This document shows, piece by piece, positions 63,880-64,000 of a stretch of 64,000 bases of DNA. Source of the stretch: Octopus sinensis (lineage: Eukaryota); NCBI RefSeq assembly GCF_006345805.1, contig NC_042998.1, forward strand, positions 5,766,001-5,830,000. The letters run 5' to 3'. Both the position numbers and the translations under genes were made by a program. The notes below the pieces were generated by a model. The model was not told the origin of the DNA, ran no database searches, and saw nothing but the letters and a program-made list of their open reading frames with translations. The stretch's first letter is position 1, and each line of letters starts with the position of its first letter.

Positions 63880-64000
63880 GAATGGTTTTATTTGATGGCT
63901 GGTTGTGTTGTTGTGTGTTGAATGTTATTTCATTGTCAATGCTAATAAAATAAAACAATGTAACCAACGCCCCTTACATGTCCTTCAGTTAGAATTGAAC
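63880..64000 (+). CDS. Candidate first coding exon of a secreted protein (runs off the window)
   Basis: long pyrimidine tract and cag acceptor at 63878-63879; ATG at 63882; frame from 63896 reads WLVVLLCVECYFIVNANKIKQCNQRPLHVLQLELN open to the edge; one extra base is needed to join it to the ATG. Confidence 0.35.

Overview
AT-rich, repeat-saturated animal genomic DNA. The SINE families, Dong/R4 LINEs and MITEs point to an octopus (cephalopod) genome; this is recognised from repeat content, not from a database match. No complete host gene is visible, and nearly all long ORFs in the track come from microsatellites or transposons. Main contents: (1) a near full-length Dong/R4-clade retrotransposon (6502-10261, minus) and about ten truncated copies, all minus-strand and mostly in (TAA)n tracts; (2) a ~545-bp non-coding element that also sits in (TAA)n tracts, a candidate non-autonomous partner of Dong; (3) at least five SINE families; (4) relics of RTE and CR1 LINEs and of Academ, hAT, mariner, Tigger, piggyBac-like, Helitron and Helentron elements; (5) a Penelope-type hammerhead ribozyme motif; (6) a 499-bp tandem duplication with the signature of unequal crossover between SINEs; (7) a possible signal-peptide exon at the right edge (63880-64000, plus). 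Frequent single-base indels in homopolymers and microsatellites suggest residual long-read assembly errors. SINE and relic boundaries are approximate.
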